Source: Gonapodya sp. JEL0774 (Eukaryota). From it: a stretch of 64,000 nucleotides of DNA. Under the pieces are notes generated by a model. That model saw only the letters and a program-made list of their open reading frames with translations, was not told the origin of the DNA and made no database searches. Numbering within the stretch: the first letter of the stretch is position 1; every line of letters starts with the position of its first letter. This document shows positions 1-11,778 of this stretch, in pieces. The position numbers and the translations under genes are program-made. The stretch lies in the NCBI GenBank assembly GCA_027604505.1, contig JADIIX010000005.1:124001-188000 (forward strand), read 5' to 3'.

Positions 1-107
1 CTGGACGTGGCCGCAGTACTGCCGACAGCTCAGACAAGGAGAATTTCTTGAATCCCCCGAGGACTCCCGAAAACCGACAGGCAGGCTTGGTGCCTGCAGG
101 CACCAGA

Positions 108-3100
108 ATGGGAACCCAGGGTGGTGGCCGGACTGGCGGTACGAGGCGCACTTACTCGATTCGCGATCTTAGGAAGTTCGTCTACTTTGTGGACAGGTCC
201 AAGTTTGTGCCCATGGAATACCAGTATCTTATTTCGACGATCCAAAGGTTCCCGGCGGTGCGTTTCACTCAGGCAACAAGCATGTTTGAGCATGAACATT
301 ACATCTTCTGTCCTAAACCTGAACCCGGATCCTCTATTCTCTCCTCAGCAACACGAAAAGTTTTTCAGCAAGTCAGTAACTGTCCTCATAACAAAAGATG
401 TAAACAATGGAGACTACGATAATCACCAGTACGTCGTGGAACGCCCCAACTTCTCCATTGTTTAATCTTGAAGCTTTATCACTTGATCCCACCAGCTCGC
501 TGGTATCTCGCGCAAGGGACAGCGGAACCATCCAGACATGGTCAGCCAGCTGTGGGTCCTCGCAGCTGTTGACACCGATTCGGGCTCCGCTTATGCGTCA
601 AATTCATTTATTTCCTTGTGTCCCTCCCGACTCCCCACTAGACTTCCGTCTGCAAGCACAGCGCGCACTCGGGCTTTCGGGTGAACCTCACACAACTCGC
701 CCTAATCTTCTTGATCGACTCACTGCCGAGCGCGCGTGGGGTCCATCCACCGGTGACTCGAGTGTTCACTACCTCAGAGGTCATTACTTGTTGTGCGAGG
801 AACGTTCTGGCGCGTATAAGCCGATTCTGTGCAAGGAGTACGAAAAGGAGCAAGTCGGGGACAGGCATGGGTATCCCATTCTTCACGGTGTGGGGGACAG
901 GGCAGTGGCGAACAGGTGGGTCGTCGTTTGAGCGCAGAGAAAGCTTGAACCAATCAGGCGCCAACCACTCTCTCCGAAATGCAACGTAGGTGTCCATTCA
1001 CGTATTTCGAAGGCGCGCCCGAGGAATTTGCCAAAATACGGAATGATGATGCCTACAGATTGAGATTGGTGCGCAGGCTTTACGCTCGTAAAATGAACGA
1101 GAAACGAATACGGCAGGAGAAAAGGATGGCCAAGGCGGCGAAGATTAACTTGGTTGAGACCATCTCTGGTATTGCGAAGAGTCACAGATCAAATCCTTCG
1201 AGTGGAGTGGTAAGCAGGAAGCAGATGGATGATCGTCTGGCGAGAGGTTGGGATGATGGAGATGTTAGTGGACGCAGAACTCTTTTCATTTGGTCAGATT
1301 CACATGATGCTCATTGTTTCTACATTGTGTATCTCCGGCATCACCAGACGACTCTTCAAAATACCATCTCAACTGTCTCAACCCGGCGCCGCGGGGATCC
1401 CCAGTCTTCGGGGATAAGGGGAACTACCTCCACCGCGATTCCTCGGGCCGCCGCTGCACCTCTTCCTGTATTGCCCGGTGCTCGTCTTATTGATCTGCCG
1501 AAAACTGCAGCTGGGAAGCTCCCTCGTGGAAGCGGGACAGGTGGCAAGTCTCGCAAGGAACCAAAGACAGACCGGGTGCGTATAGTTCCGGGATTCATGA
1601 CCAAGGCCGGTTACTGTGAACACTGCTGTGTGAAGTATGAAACATTTGCAGAGGTGGGTGTCCCAATATGTGGACGTTTTCGGCACGACCGCGACGATTC
1701 CAACCACCGGAACTGGATTGTTTTGTTCCACGTTTGCATCACTTCGACCTCAGCATATCGCATCAAACATGCACAAAGATCAAGCCAATAACGCTGCCGC
1801 TTTTGCTGAACTTGATGCTCTTCTTCTGAAGCTGGCTCGCCCACTCAAAAAGATCACTCGCAAGAATTCTTCTTCAGCCACTGCCGTCAATGACTCCGAT
1901 CACGATGAGAGTGATGGTGGGAGCGATAGGACAGGTGAAGACGATTCCTTCTTTGGTGGTAGTGATTTCGGAATGGGCAGTGACTATGCGAAGAGCGAAG
2001 GCTGGGATCACGATTCATCCGAGGACTCTGAGCTTCAGATGAGTGAACACAGTGGCGGCGAGGTAGATGACCTGAGCGGAGTGTCAACCGGATCGAGCTC
2101 AAGCTCGACTAGTTCTGGTTCAGCAGGCGACCAAGCTGAGGAAAGTGGAGAAGTAGCTACGGCCAAAACGTCCACGTCATTGCCACTGATGTTTGAAGCA
2201 TCAAACGAGGACATTATGGCTATTATTGGAGAACTATACCGCACTAACTCGGTCTCGGACGACGCTGGGAAGAAGCGGAGGAGGGAGGACGACCTTGAGA
2301 AAGCATCTCCAGGGAACGAAGAGCAGCCCAGTCCGAAGAAGCCGCGAGTCGAACTGCCCAATGGTGCTGTGCTTCGAAGCGGAGAAATCGCTGAAGAGAC
2401 AGTCGATGATGGTATGGATGTGGATCCCCTTATAGCTGCCGATCCAGATAGACCATTCCCAGGGACTTGGATGCCAACGGACGATCGAATGTCCACTCAA
2501 CCTTCGGCCACTCCCGAGCTTAAAGGAGATGTTGTCGCAGCGAAAACTCATGAGGCGGTGACAATCTTCGAAGAATCTGCTGCAGCCGCGAATGGCGAAC
2601 CGGTCAACACTAACGCCGACACTACGCATGGTGGACGAAACAGTGCGGACAATTGCACTCCTTATGTTGATGTTGATGGCCCGAACTGCAATATCGCACT
2701 TACCTACGACGCAAAGAGCACTTCAGACTCACGTTCTCGGGATGAGGAATCTATGGGAGTTATCGCACCTGAAGCAGTCGAAAGTGAAAATTTTGAGACT
2801 CCGGATTCCCGGCTGCGAGAACCTCAAGAACTGCTATCGACTGGATCTGCCTCTCATGCTCGTGAACCAGCTACTCCTGAGGTGAAACGTCCCGTTGGCC
2901 GTGGTGTGGGGTTGGACAGCTCCCCTGACCCGCTGGTTGTTGGGCATGCTGTGAGTTCTGGCTCGCCGTTTGCGTGCATCGCAGTTTAAGTACTGAAAGG
3001 TCGGTTTGTTTGAACTACAGGACGAAAAGCAGCCCACAGTTTCCTGCTTTGATGTCCCGCGGAGCCGAGCTTCGGCGAGGAGTCCTGTTATATCAATCGA

Positions 3101-3701
3101 ACACCAGTACTTCACTTCTTCGTTCAAACATCCAGGGAAGGCAACGACCACGGACGGCGCATCCGTAGAGCATCCGTATTTGCGAATTTCGCGCGATGAC
3201 GCGCCGGCATTAAGCTCTCCAGACCCGTTGTTAGAGGGGGGACAGTATTCGTTTTGCTCGCCAAATCAAAAATCACTCCCCTCCCCTGACGGAACGGCCC
3301 AATCACTCACATCCACTACAACGACACGAAGCACCTTTCGAACCCTTGAACAGAATATTGATGCGACTGAGGTTCCTACCGCCACCGGCATGGTGGAACG
3401 CGACAGCCTGATTCTTCGGCCGCCGTTTGAACATTCTTATCTACGAACGCACCCGGAAGAGAAGCAAAGCGGTGCCATGTCGGGCGAATTGGCGCACAAA
3501 TCTCTTGAACACCCGTACCTTCGTGCTATCACAGGAGCAGCATCCACCCGAATATTGAGGAATCTAGGGGGTCCGGAACATGGATATTTTACGAATGAGA
3601 AGAGTGGACACCAAGAGCCGAAAGAGGCAGTTCTCGACGGGGACAAAGTGAGGTTGAAGATTGGTCATGTCTCCACTGGTGTGGAACATGCTTACTATTA
3701 A
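108..3701 (+). CDS. DBF4: Dbf4/Dfp1/Him1-like regulatory subunit of the Cdc7 kinase (multi-exon; 5' end may lie further upstream)
   Basis: Spliced exons give motif N (HEKFFSKSVTVLITK), motif M (HYLRGHYLLCEERSGAYKPILCKEY...RCPF) and the DBF zinc finger (GYCEHCCVKYETFAE|HIASNMH). A long acidic tail follows. A phase-0 intron at 2951-3020 (GTGAGT...TACAG) joins the 1637-2989 ORF to the 3006-3701 ORF. Confidence 0.82.
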
Positions 3702-3979
3702 CACCAGATACCTATTTCATACTATGGTAGTAGCTATTTCGCTCTCAATATTTCCTTCGTAAGAGTGCTTATAATAACATACCACAACACCATCAACATT
3801 CAAATGCCCCACAACTGTAACAAACAGAGGTGGCCACAGTTGCCCGAATTAAACTTTCCTCACTTCCCGCTTCGAGTAACACTTGCCCCATTAGAGACAA
3901 GTCTTGGCCCAGAAGAAACTTGTTCCAAGCTCGGGTGTATCCATCAAGGTTCCCTCCCGCTCCCTTGCTCTTGGATATC

Positions 3980-5101
3980 ATGCCGAAGGTGAAGAAATCG
4001 AGGACAAAGCCTCCTCCTGGTATGTCTGACGCTTTGATCACGATGAAACCTATGAGCCTTTGAGTGACGTTTGCCTACTTGTCACCCCTGCTACCGTGGG
4101 TATGGTTTCCGTAATTGTCGGCATGGATTCGTAACACTCTGTGAAGACGGCTGGGAGGAGATTGAACCCACTCTGACCGAGTTGAATCAAAAGCTTCGTG
4201 AAGGTGAGTGCGCCTTCCTCCTGTAGGCTGTACCTTGTTTCTTCCTGGTTGTTGTTCACTGTCCACTGCCCTCTCCCACAAACCGTCTGTCTCCCTCATG
4301 TCCAGCCGAGAACGAGCCTCATGAGGGCAAGCGTAAAACAGAATCGTTATGGCCCATCTTCCGCATTCATCATCAGCGCTCCCGATATATTTACGAGCTC
4401 TATTACAAACGCCACGTCATTTCCAAGGACCTCTACGACTATTGCATCAGCGAGCGATATGCGGACGCTAATTTAATCGCGAAATGGAGAAAGGTGTGTT
4501 GTGCTCTCCTTGTTTCTCGAGCCCGGAGCCAGACATAGCGGATGGGACTGAACAGTGCGCGCCAAATGGAAGTGGCAGTGCCGTGGGCACGCTGATACCC
4601 CCGTGGCATTGGGACCATCGCAAAGTCAGACCCACCGCAAATTCAATGAAAACGAAGGACCGGATGTCGGATGGACGGGAGCGGGCCCGCGGGTCTGCTG
4701 ATATTTTTTTGTCACCCGAACGGTCTCATTAGACTGGGCCAACGGGACAGTCATCGTGGCGAATCCCGCTCATGCCGATTTGAAACGTCAAACGGAGGCA
4801 GAGTTCTCGCGGCTGCTCACGAAGAATTTTCTTTTCCGTTATTCTCCCCGGTTCCACCACCTAGCCCGGATTCGAGCGACTCTGCTGCGTCCAATGTATC
4901 CAGACCCGGGATACCAACTTTGGAACCACTTGTGTCTGCCGTGTACCAAAGGATAAACTGGAAACGGGTCGAGTTGTGGAGTGCAGGCATTGTAAGTTGT
5001 CGCTCTGGGACTACTTCGAGTGCTTCACGGGGACCTAACAGTGACCTCCCGTAAACTGTCGCACTCTACTTTTAGGTGGATGTAGGGGATGTTCTGGCTA
5101 G
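3980..5101 (+). CDS. BUD31: Bud31/G10 splicing factor (5 exons; not shown as a single ORF in the track)
   Basis: Manual splice: [68 protein letters not shown]...[38 protein letters not shown]...ECRH|CGCRGCSG*. This is the G10 family signature. Confidence 0.97.
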
Positions 5102-5348
5102 ATAAAAGCCGCTACGGCGAACACCTATGGAGATATTTACATATCCTCGGTCACCAATGTACAATACGAATGCACCAACACCATATCTCTGTTCTCTCAT
5201 GCTTTATGCGGTTGTTCTCGGTTCAAACGCGCAAAAGACTCCATCACAGTTCATAGAGAAGGGACGTGCATTTGTTCATCTGCAATACATCGATAAGCGC
5301 GAAACAACAGGTGTGGGGGCATAGCCTAACGCGACGCGATTTTTGCTC

Positions 5349-8300
5349 CTATTGTACCCTGATGATTCCAGCCGCCGCCAACTTCCTGATATTCGCTGCA
5401 ATCTGTGGGTTTTTCATGTGACTGTGACCAAAGAAGAGGAATAGTACGAATCGGTGCGGATGAGGGGTGTGGAGGGGTGAAAGGCATTCATCGCAGTTAG
5501 TAAACCAGTGGAGCCATCTTTCACTTCACTTTCCACCACACTCACTCCTTCACAGCCGCCGGGTCCGACTCCATCTGCCTCAACACGTGCATCATGACGG
5601 GGTCGTTGAGGATCCTCTGGACCTCGGGGTCCTGCGCAGCCCGCTTCATGACTTCCTCTTTGCTGGCACCCTGGGCTGCGCTTTGAGTTTCGTAGAGGGC
5701 GAGAGAAGTTTTTTGGTACTGTACGAGAAAAGAAAAGAAGGTCGTCAGACACAGGACACACCCTCACCACCCGCGTCCCATAATATCCGCCTTGTCAACA
5801 CGATATACTCCATCGCCGCCATCGAACCTCATCCAACCCCCCCAATACAAACCCACCCCTCACCTCCCACCCACCTGCTGCTGAATCTCCACCGCATGTT
5901 TCCCATCCACATCCTTCGCCTTTGCCTCGTCGAGAATCTCAAGCGCCTTGAGAAAATCTTTCCTCGCAAACTGACACTGCGCCTTCCTCACGTACCCCTT
6001 CACGAACCCCGGGTCCAACTTGAGCGCTTGCTCCACGTCCCGTTCTGCCTCGGCGATCGCCATGAGCTTGAGGTAGCACGCGGCCCGGTTCGAGTAGTTG
6101 CGCGGGTCGGTCTCGTCCCTCTTGACCGCCTCGGTGTATTCTTTGACAGCTTCAGGCCACTTGCCCTTCTTGAACAGGTCGTTACCCCGCTCGCGGGCTT
6201 CGGTGGCCAGCGCGGGGTCGTGGTAGGCTTCCTTATCACGTTGGAGCTTGAGCTTCTCGCAGTCCTTGAGACGGTTCAGGACGTCGGGGGAGCGGTGCTC
6301 GGTGAGGGATTTCTGGTAGAATTTGATGGCGTTGGGGAGGTCGTCGAGGGCGCGGTAGGCGTTACCGATGCGTTCGTAGGCTCTGGGGTGGCGGTGGTTA
6401 TAAAGCGTTAAGTGCAACTGTCCGCTGCCCCTCTCCCTTCCCCACCACCCCCCACCCAACCCACCTCGCAAAAACTTTAAAGTCAACCCGTTCCTCCCTC
6501 CCCCTCTCGATGGCCTCCTCACACACTTTGATAACCTCGTCGTAACGCTTGAGTTCGAAGAGGACGGCTGGTCGCGTATGAATGAGGGGTGTGGGTTGGG
6601 TGAATGTATGAATTCGGCAGAGGAGAGGCCGGCGCACACGACAAGATTATCAGACGAGACAGAATCACTGGTCAGTACATCCCACTCGACACATAACCAC
6701 CTTCACCGCGAACCCACCAGCCTTATTATTCAACACCGCCACATTGGACCCGTCCAACTCCACAGCCCTCTCGTACTCCTTCAGCGCCGTTTCAAAGTCC
6801 TTCTTCTTGTACGCCGCGTTGCCCAGCTCTTTGGCGGCGTCGCTGGCCGCACGGTCCCGTTTGGGGGCGGAGGGGTCCACTTCCATGGAATCCGGCTCGG
6901 GCTCCGGGTCTGCAGCGGCAGACGTGGGCGCGGGCTTGGACGCCGCAGCCGCTGGTGCCGCCTTGTGCCCGTGCCCGTGCCCATGCGCCTCCTCCTCCTC
7001 CACCTCCTCAATCCTCGCTCCCACCTCCTCTGCAGCGTCGTGATCGTGATCGTGGAACGTCCCATCCGCATGCATGTGCCCACCCCCACCACCCGATCCC
7101 GCCGCGGGTGCCGCACGGTCGAACAGCGAGGATCCCGCTCCTGAGGGGCCGGAGTTGTTGTTCATACCCTGCATGAACTCGTCGCCCGTTTGCATGTTGA
7201 CGCCGAGGGCCACCCCGAGGGATTGGAGGATACGGGGGTCTTGCATATACCTAGGTGCGATTTCGGGGGCAGAGGGGAGTGTAGGACGGTGAGGACACGG
7301 TCTGAGCGACGGGTGCCCCGATGATGATCCCGATTCGTCCAGCACCATCACACCGAACCAAGCTCACGCCACCCCAAACAGTCCAGAGGACCAACGCACC
7401 GACTAAACTCTTCGCATTGCCACATGTGAACGAAACACGCCCACTTCCCAATTCCCACTACCCACCTCCCGTCCAACGGACTCTCAACCTGAGACCAGAA
7501 CAAGCAAGCACGCACTATCCACCATCTGCGATCCACACCGCCCCGGAATGCCCTAATCGCTATCCAACCACCCCCACAAACCCGACACCATCACGATGAA
7601 AACCGCCCACCAACACCACATTACAGTGATTTCTGAAAACTTCCAACCGCCTTCACACTTGACACCACCACCATGCAAACTTTACAATCTCGCCTCCCCC
7701 TACCAAAAACCCCTCCCGAACTCACTCGGTCATCTTCGACGGATTCCTTTGCAACTCGCCCAACATCTTCATGAAGTCCGGTTGTGCGAGGTAGGCCCGC
7801 GTTTTGGGGTTGGCGGCCAGTTTGGGGATGAGGTCGGGGCCGAACATGGAGCCTGTGGTCGGGGATAGGAAGGTGGAGGTTGGGGTGTGTGCGTGAATAT
7901 GAGCAGAGTGGTGTGTGGGTGTGGGTTGCGGAACGTGTGCACAGGGATAGCGGTGTTTAGTGATTGAGATTTGAGAAAGGTTATATCGTCACCGCCTCGG
8001 GCCAGCGGGCACTCCAGCTTCGATCCCCACGCCCAATTCTCTTCTTAGATGAGAGTCACATGTTCGCCACCAGACGGGCGGCGGATTCAGAATTTCGAAT
8101 CCGTCGCAAAAAATCCACGAAGTTTTGTCGGGACAAGCGCACTCTCACGCTCGTGCTACGATTCGGGACAGTGGCTCGCGCTGCCGCTCGGGCACGAGTT
8201 CAATGACCTCCGTCAGACTCCCTCCCTCCGTTCAAGACAAGGACGCGTGTTGTCGGTTGAACAATACTGTTCAAAGGCCTCGGTCATGCTTCTTTCCTCA

Positions 8301-9145
8301 TATCATCCCTCCCTCTCGTGATCCCTCCCTCCGGTCTGCGACAAGTAGCTCGTTCCCACTCTCGCCGGATACCCACCCAACCCCGCCCCGGCCACACCGT
8401 CCAACGCCGCCTGCACGTCCTCCCTGGCCTGCTTCGCTTGCGTGTTGTTGGGGTCGAGTTCCAAGGTCTTTGCGTAGGCACGGTCGGCCTCGCGGAGGCG
8501 GTTGAGTCCGAAGAGGGCGGCGCCGAGGCGGGAGTGAGACTGTGGATGGGGGGTTACGCGGGGTGTAGAGGGAACGTGGTTAGAGGAGGGAAGAAGAGTG
8601 ATTGGCACCGAGAGAGCGTAGAATGAGAAGGGAGAAGAGGAAAGAGGGGAAATAACATGAAAGCAGAAGAAATTTGATCAGGGGAGTCAGGTGTCGCGAC
8701 GGACTCCATCCCCATCCCATTACCTCCTGCCCCACTCTGAATTCAACGGCCCACACCGAATCCAACGTCGCTGCACCGAATTCAACGGCCCCACGCTGAA
8801 CTCCACGGCCCACACTAAATTCAACGCCAACCGCTCTCATACAGACACAACTACACAACACTCTCGCTCTGTCACGACTGAATCCAACAGCCACTGGCTA
8901 GCTCTGCTCGCAATTCGGCCTTGACCCACCTTTGGCCAATCTGGTTTCAACTGGACCGTCTTTTCGGCGTCCTGGAGAGCTTTGTCGTACTGCTTCAGAC
9001 TCGCATATGCACCCGATCTGTTCGAGTAGAGGACATGGTTTGCAGGGTCGACTTCGATCGCTTTTGAGAACAAGTCTACGGCGGCGTCAAAGTTTCCTTG
9101 TTGGAAAGCGGCGTTGCCCTGTGCTTTGAGTTGGTCGGCGGACAT
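5349..9145 (-). CDS. STI1: Sti1/Hop Hsp70-Hsp90 organizing co-chaperone (TPR1-DP1-TPR2A-TPR2B-DP2)
   Basis: MSADQLKAQGNAAF...VLYSNRSGAYASL (TPR1), AKELGNAAYKKKDF (TPR2A), ARERGNDLFKKGKWPEAVKEY...YSNRAACYLKL (TPR2B), DP repeats, and C-terminus HMKNPQIAANIRKLAAAGIIRVQ*. Confidence 0.95.
8738..8895. repeat. Degenerate ~20-bp minisatellite (consensus ~CTGAATTCAACGGCCCACA), 5 tandem copies plus 1 dispersed copy, in STI1 intron 1
   Basis: Units seen directly: ctgaattcaacggcccaca / ccgaatccaacgtcgctgca / ccgaattcaacggccccacg / ctgaactccacggcccaca / ctaaattcaacgccaaccg ... ctgaatccaacagccac. Confidence 0.8.
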
Positions 9146-9925
9146 GAGTTTGTGCTAGAGTTTGCGGTGCGTTTGTCAGGAGTTCCGAGTTGGGTTTGAG
9201 GGGGATTAAGAAGTAATGGAGAACGCGTGTCTTGTGGGGTCTGTCGTGTTCTTTCTGTGTGTCTGTGTCAAATCCGGTTTTCTTGTTGGAATCTCCCACA
9301 AGGAAGACAGCAGAACTCGCCAGAACTCTTAACCCGAACAGAAAGGCCACAGCAGACCCATTGGTCACCATCGCATTTATGTATGGACCAATATTTGTAT
9401 GGATCAAAGAGAGAAAAGCCGCAAAAAAACGTGCACGTACTGATAAACTATGTGCTGTCGAGTACAGATATAAACTATTGTTTTGGAGTCACGCCGTGAA
9501 CGGGGCGAGACTGGACGGGCACCAGCCCCCCTCCCCCCCCCCTTCCCCATGCTCTCGCCCTCTCGACACAGGTGGGATCCAGCGGGAATTGGGTGTCAAG
9601 GCGGTCTGAACCTCTCCCGGCCCTCTCGACACCGTCCTGTTGACGGGCTGTGCAGAAATTTTTTTGCGTTGTGTTTGAGCTGTATACATCATTTGTGTGG
9701 ACTCTCTTGCATTTTGTTCTAAAGGCTTCTGGGCGGTGACGGACTCATCTTGGCGCTGTTGTACTGAGTTGAACGGACTCAACGCAGCGCCCCTTGAGTT
9801 TGAACGCAACTGAGTAAACCCAGTCAGATAATTACTTTTCCCCTCATCGAGAAACCACTTTGCCGAATCCACCTTGAAAACCAAGAGAGCCCCCGCAAGC
9901 TTCCGATCCAAAGAAAGCGCCAACT

Positions 9926-10459
9926 ATGCATGAGCAACGTTCCCGCACCACAGTTTGGCTTCTGACAGTGCTCTCGATCGCCGTAGCCCTCTTTGCTCTC
10001 GATCCGCGAGCACAGGTGCTTGTGGAGGGTGCGGAGATGCCGCACGCGCTGTCTCCACGGCGTTATTACCCCCCGCCGGCCGGCAAAGGTCTTGCGACGG
10101 ATCCATACAGCGGACCGTTCTACTGCACATACACCTCGGATTGTCCTACCAATCAAATATGTGAGTTACCGGTTGATCTGTATTCGCCCCACCGACAGCT
10201 CCAGGTTGCTCACCAACATTGGAATCCCGATTCCCGACCAGGCATCAGAGGGGTCTGTTACAACTTCACTCCAGGAGGGGGTGGCGGAGGAAGAGCCGGT
10301 GCTCCAACGGGTCCTGAGGGCAGTGGTGGTGGTGGCTCGCCATATGATGGTTCACCGGACAACGGAGGTGGAGGTGGACTTGACCCGTATCAATGCCACG
10401 CCAACGACCCAAGGCCACCGTCGTTCTGTCTGGATACACCGTTGCCGCCGAGCGATTAG
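9926..10459 (+). CDS. Small secreted Cys/Gly/Pro-rich hypothetical protein
   Basis: Intronless 177-aa ORF with a hydrophobic signal-like N-terminus (VWLLTVLSIAVALFA), a CTYTSDCPTNQIC motif, 6 Cys and a Gly-rich linker. Confidence 0.55.
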   Translation: MHEQRSRTTVWLLTVLSIAVALFALDPRAQVLVEGAEMPHALSPRRYYPPPAGKGLATDPYSGPFYCTYTSDCPTNQICELPVDLYSPHRQLQVAHQHWNPDSRPGIRGVCYNFTPGGGGGGRAGAPTGPEGSGGGGSPYDGSPDNGGGGGLDPYQCHANDPRPPSFCLDTPLPPSD

Positions 10460-11778
10460 TGAATGGATCCACGGGCTTCACACTCGCAAGGCTTCTCTGA
10501 GATTTGTTGGGGGGATCACGTTGCACCTTTTGTGGTGAACGGAGTAGTTTCTGCCATAAATAAGACAACACACACTCTGCGAATTTTTTTCCTCCTGTTT
10601 TGTATTTGCGAGAATATTAGTTCTAGCGTGTCATATATTTGTTCATTCGAAGTGCGCAAAGGTACCGTGGGAACAGTGACGGTCCCACCCCTCTTACTCC
10701 AGCAATTCATACGTTGTTACCTCGCAAACCGCTCAGTCTTCTTTGCGCTTGAAAAACCCTGACTTTTGTTACCTCTGCTCCCTTATTTCTCTTCATCACT
10801 CACTTCCCAGGATCCGGGGATCCCCTCTCCACGACATGGCGACTTTCAAAGCCGGGCCTTTTTCCACAACCCCATTCGCTATTCCACTCCACACCGTGTT
10901 GCTTTTCCACGCTCGACTCTGCTCGTCCCACGGAGCGTTTCTTGCACCACGAATATAGTATCACTGATATATATATATCTTGTGTCCAGGGCAAAACGTT
11001 CCACATCCGTCAGTGGAATGGGGACCGCTGTAAGCACCTTGTTCCTTTCACGCTTTTTTTTCTTTCCCACCACCCATTCTCCCACGAACCTCCATCGCGT
11101 CTCGAGATCCCAGCTCCGAGCTTCTTTCCGCTGTCCTGTGGTACCCCAACCCACCTTCCATTCCGCCGCACACCGACACCCCCACCATCACCGAGCTCCC
11201 ATCTCCATCTGCACAAAAAAAGAAAACTCTGTCCACCACTATCCATAGAACGTAGGTTTGTTTGGGGTCGGGATCGATGTCGGTGGGTGCGATCGGTCAC
11301 AGGGCGTGCGGGGGGCGTGGAATACGCAGCTGTTTGGACACCACCAGGGAGAAGGTGGTGAGCGGTGACGGGCAAGAAAATCTCCCCCATTACAAACCCG
11401 CGTTTTTGTCGAACCAAAAGTCAAAGTTTGGACGAAGGCGCGAGGTGGGGAGGCAGCGCAATGGGACAGGTCACAGGTGTGACCCGCACATCACCACCAC
11501 CGCCGCCAGCCAGTGGGCCGTCCCGTTCACCCGTTCACCCTCTATCGAGTGTTTATTATTATGTATCCGAAGACGAAAAAGATTCTACGACCTTGCACAC
11601 CAACATACGACCACAGTCCACAGTGCACCGCCCGCCCAATTAGCAAAAAAAAAAAAAAAATACAGGAGAAAAGTCCAACGTCCAATGTCCGAATCAGCTT
11701 CGGCAACACTGGCACACACACACACACCCCTTCCCTTCTCAGCCACAGAACCACAACTCGGGGTTCGGTCGCACCCAC

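Noticed and set aside
3793..4299. Minus-strand ORFs over 3.8-4.3 kb
   Set aside because: Largely antisense to the clearly recognisable BUD31 exons.
4494..4864. Longer BUD31 intron as a snoRNA host
   Set aside because: No convincing C/D or H/ACA box arrangement seen by eye; a covariance-model search would be needed.
8738..8895. Short repeats resembling a CRISPR array
   Set aside because: Units are adjacent and degenerate with no unique spacers, lie in a eukaryotic intron, and no cas genes are present.
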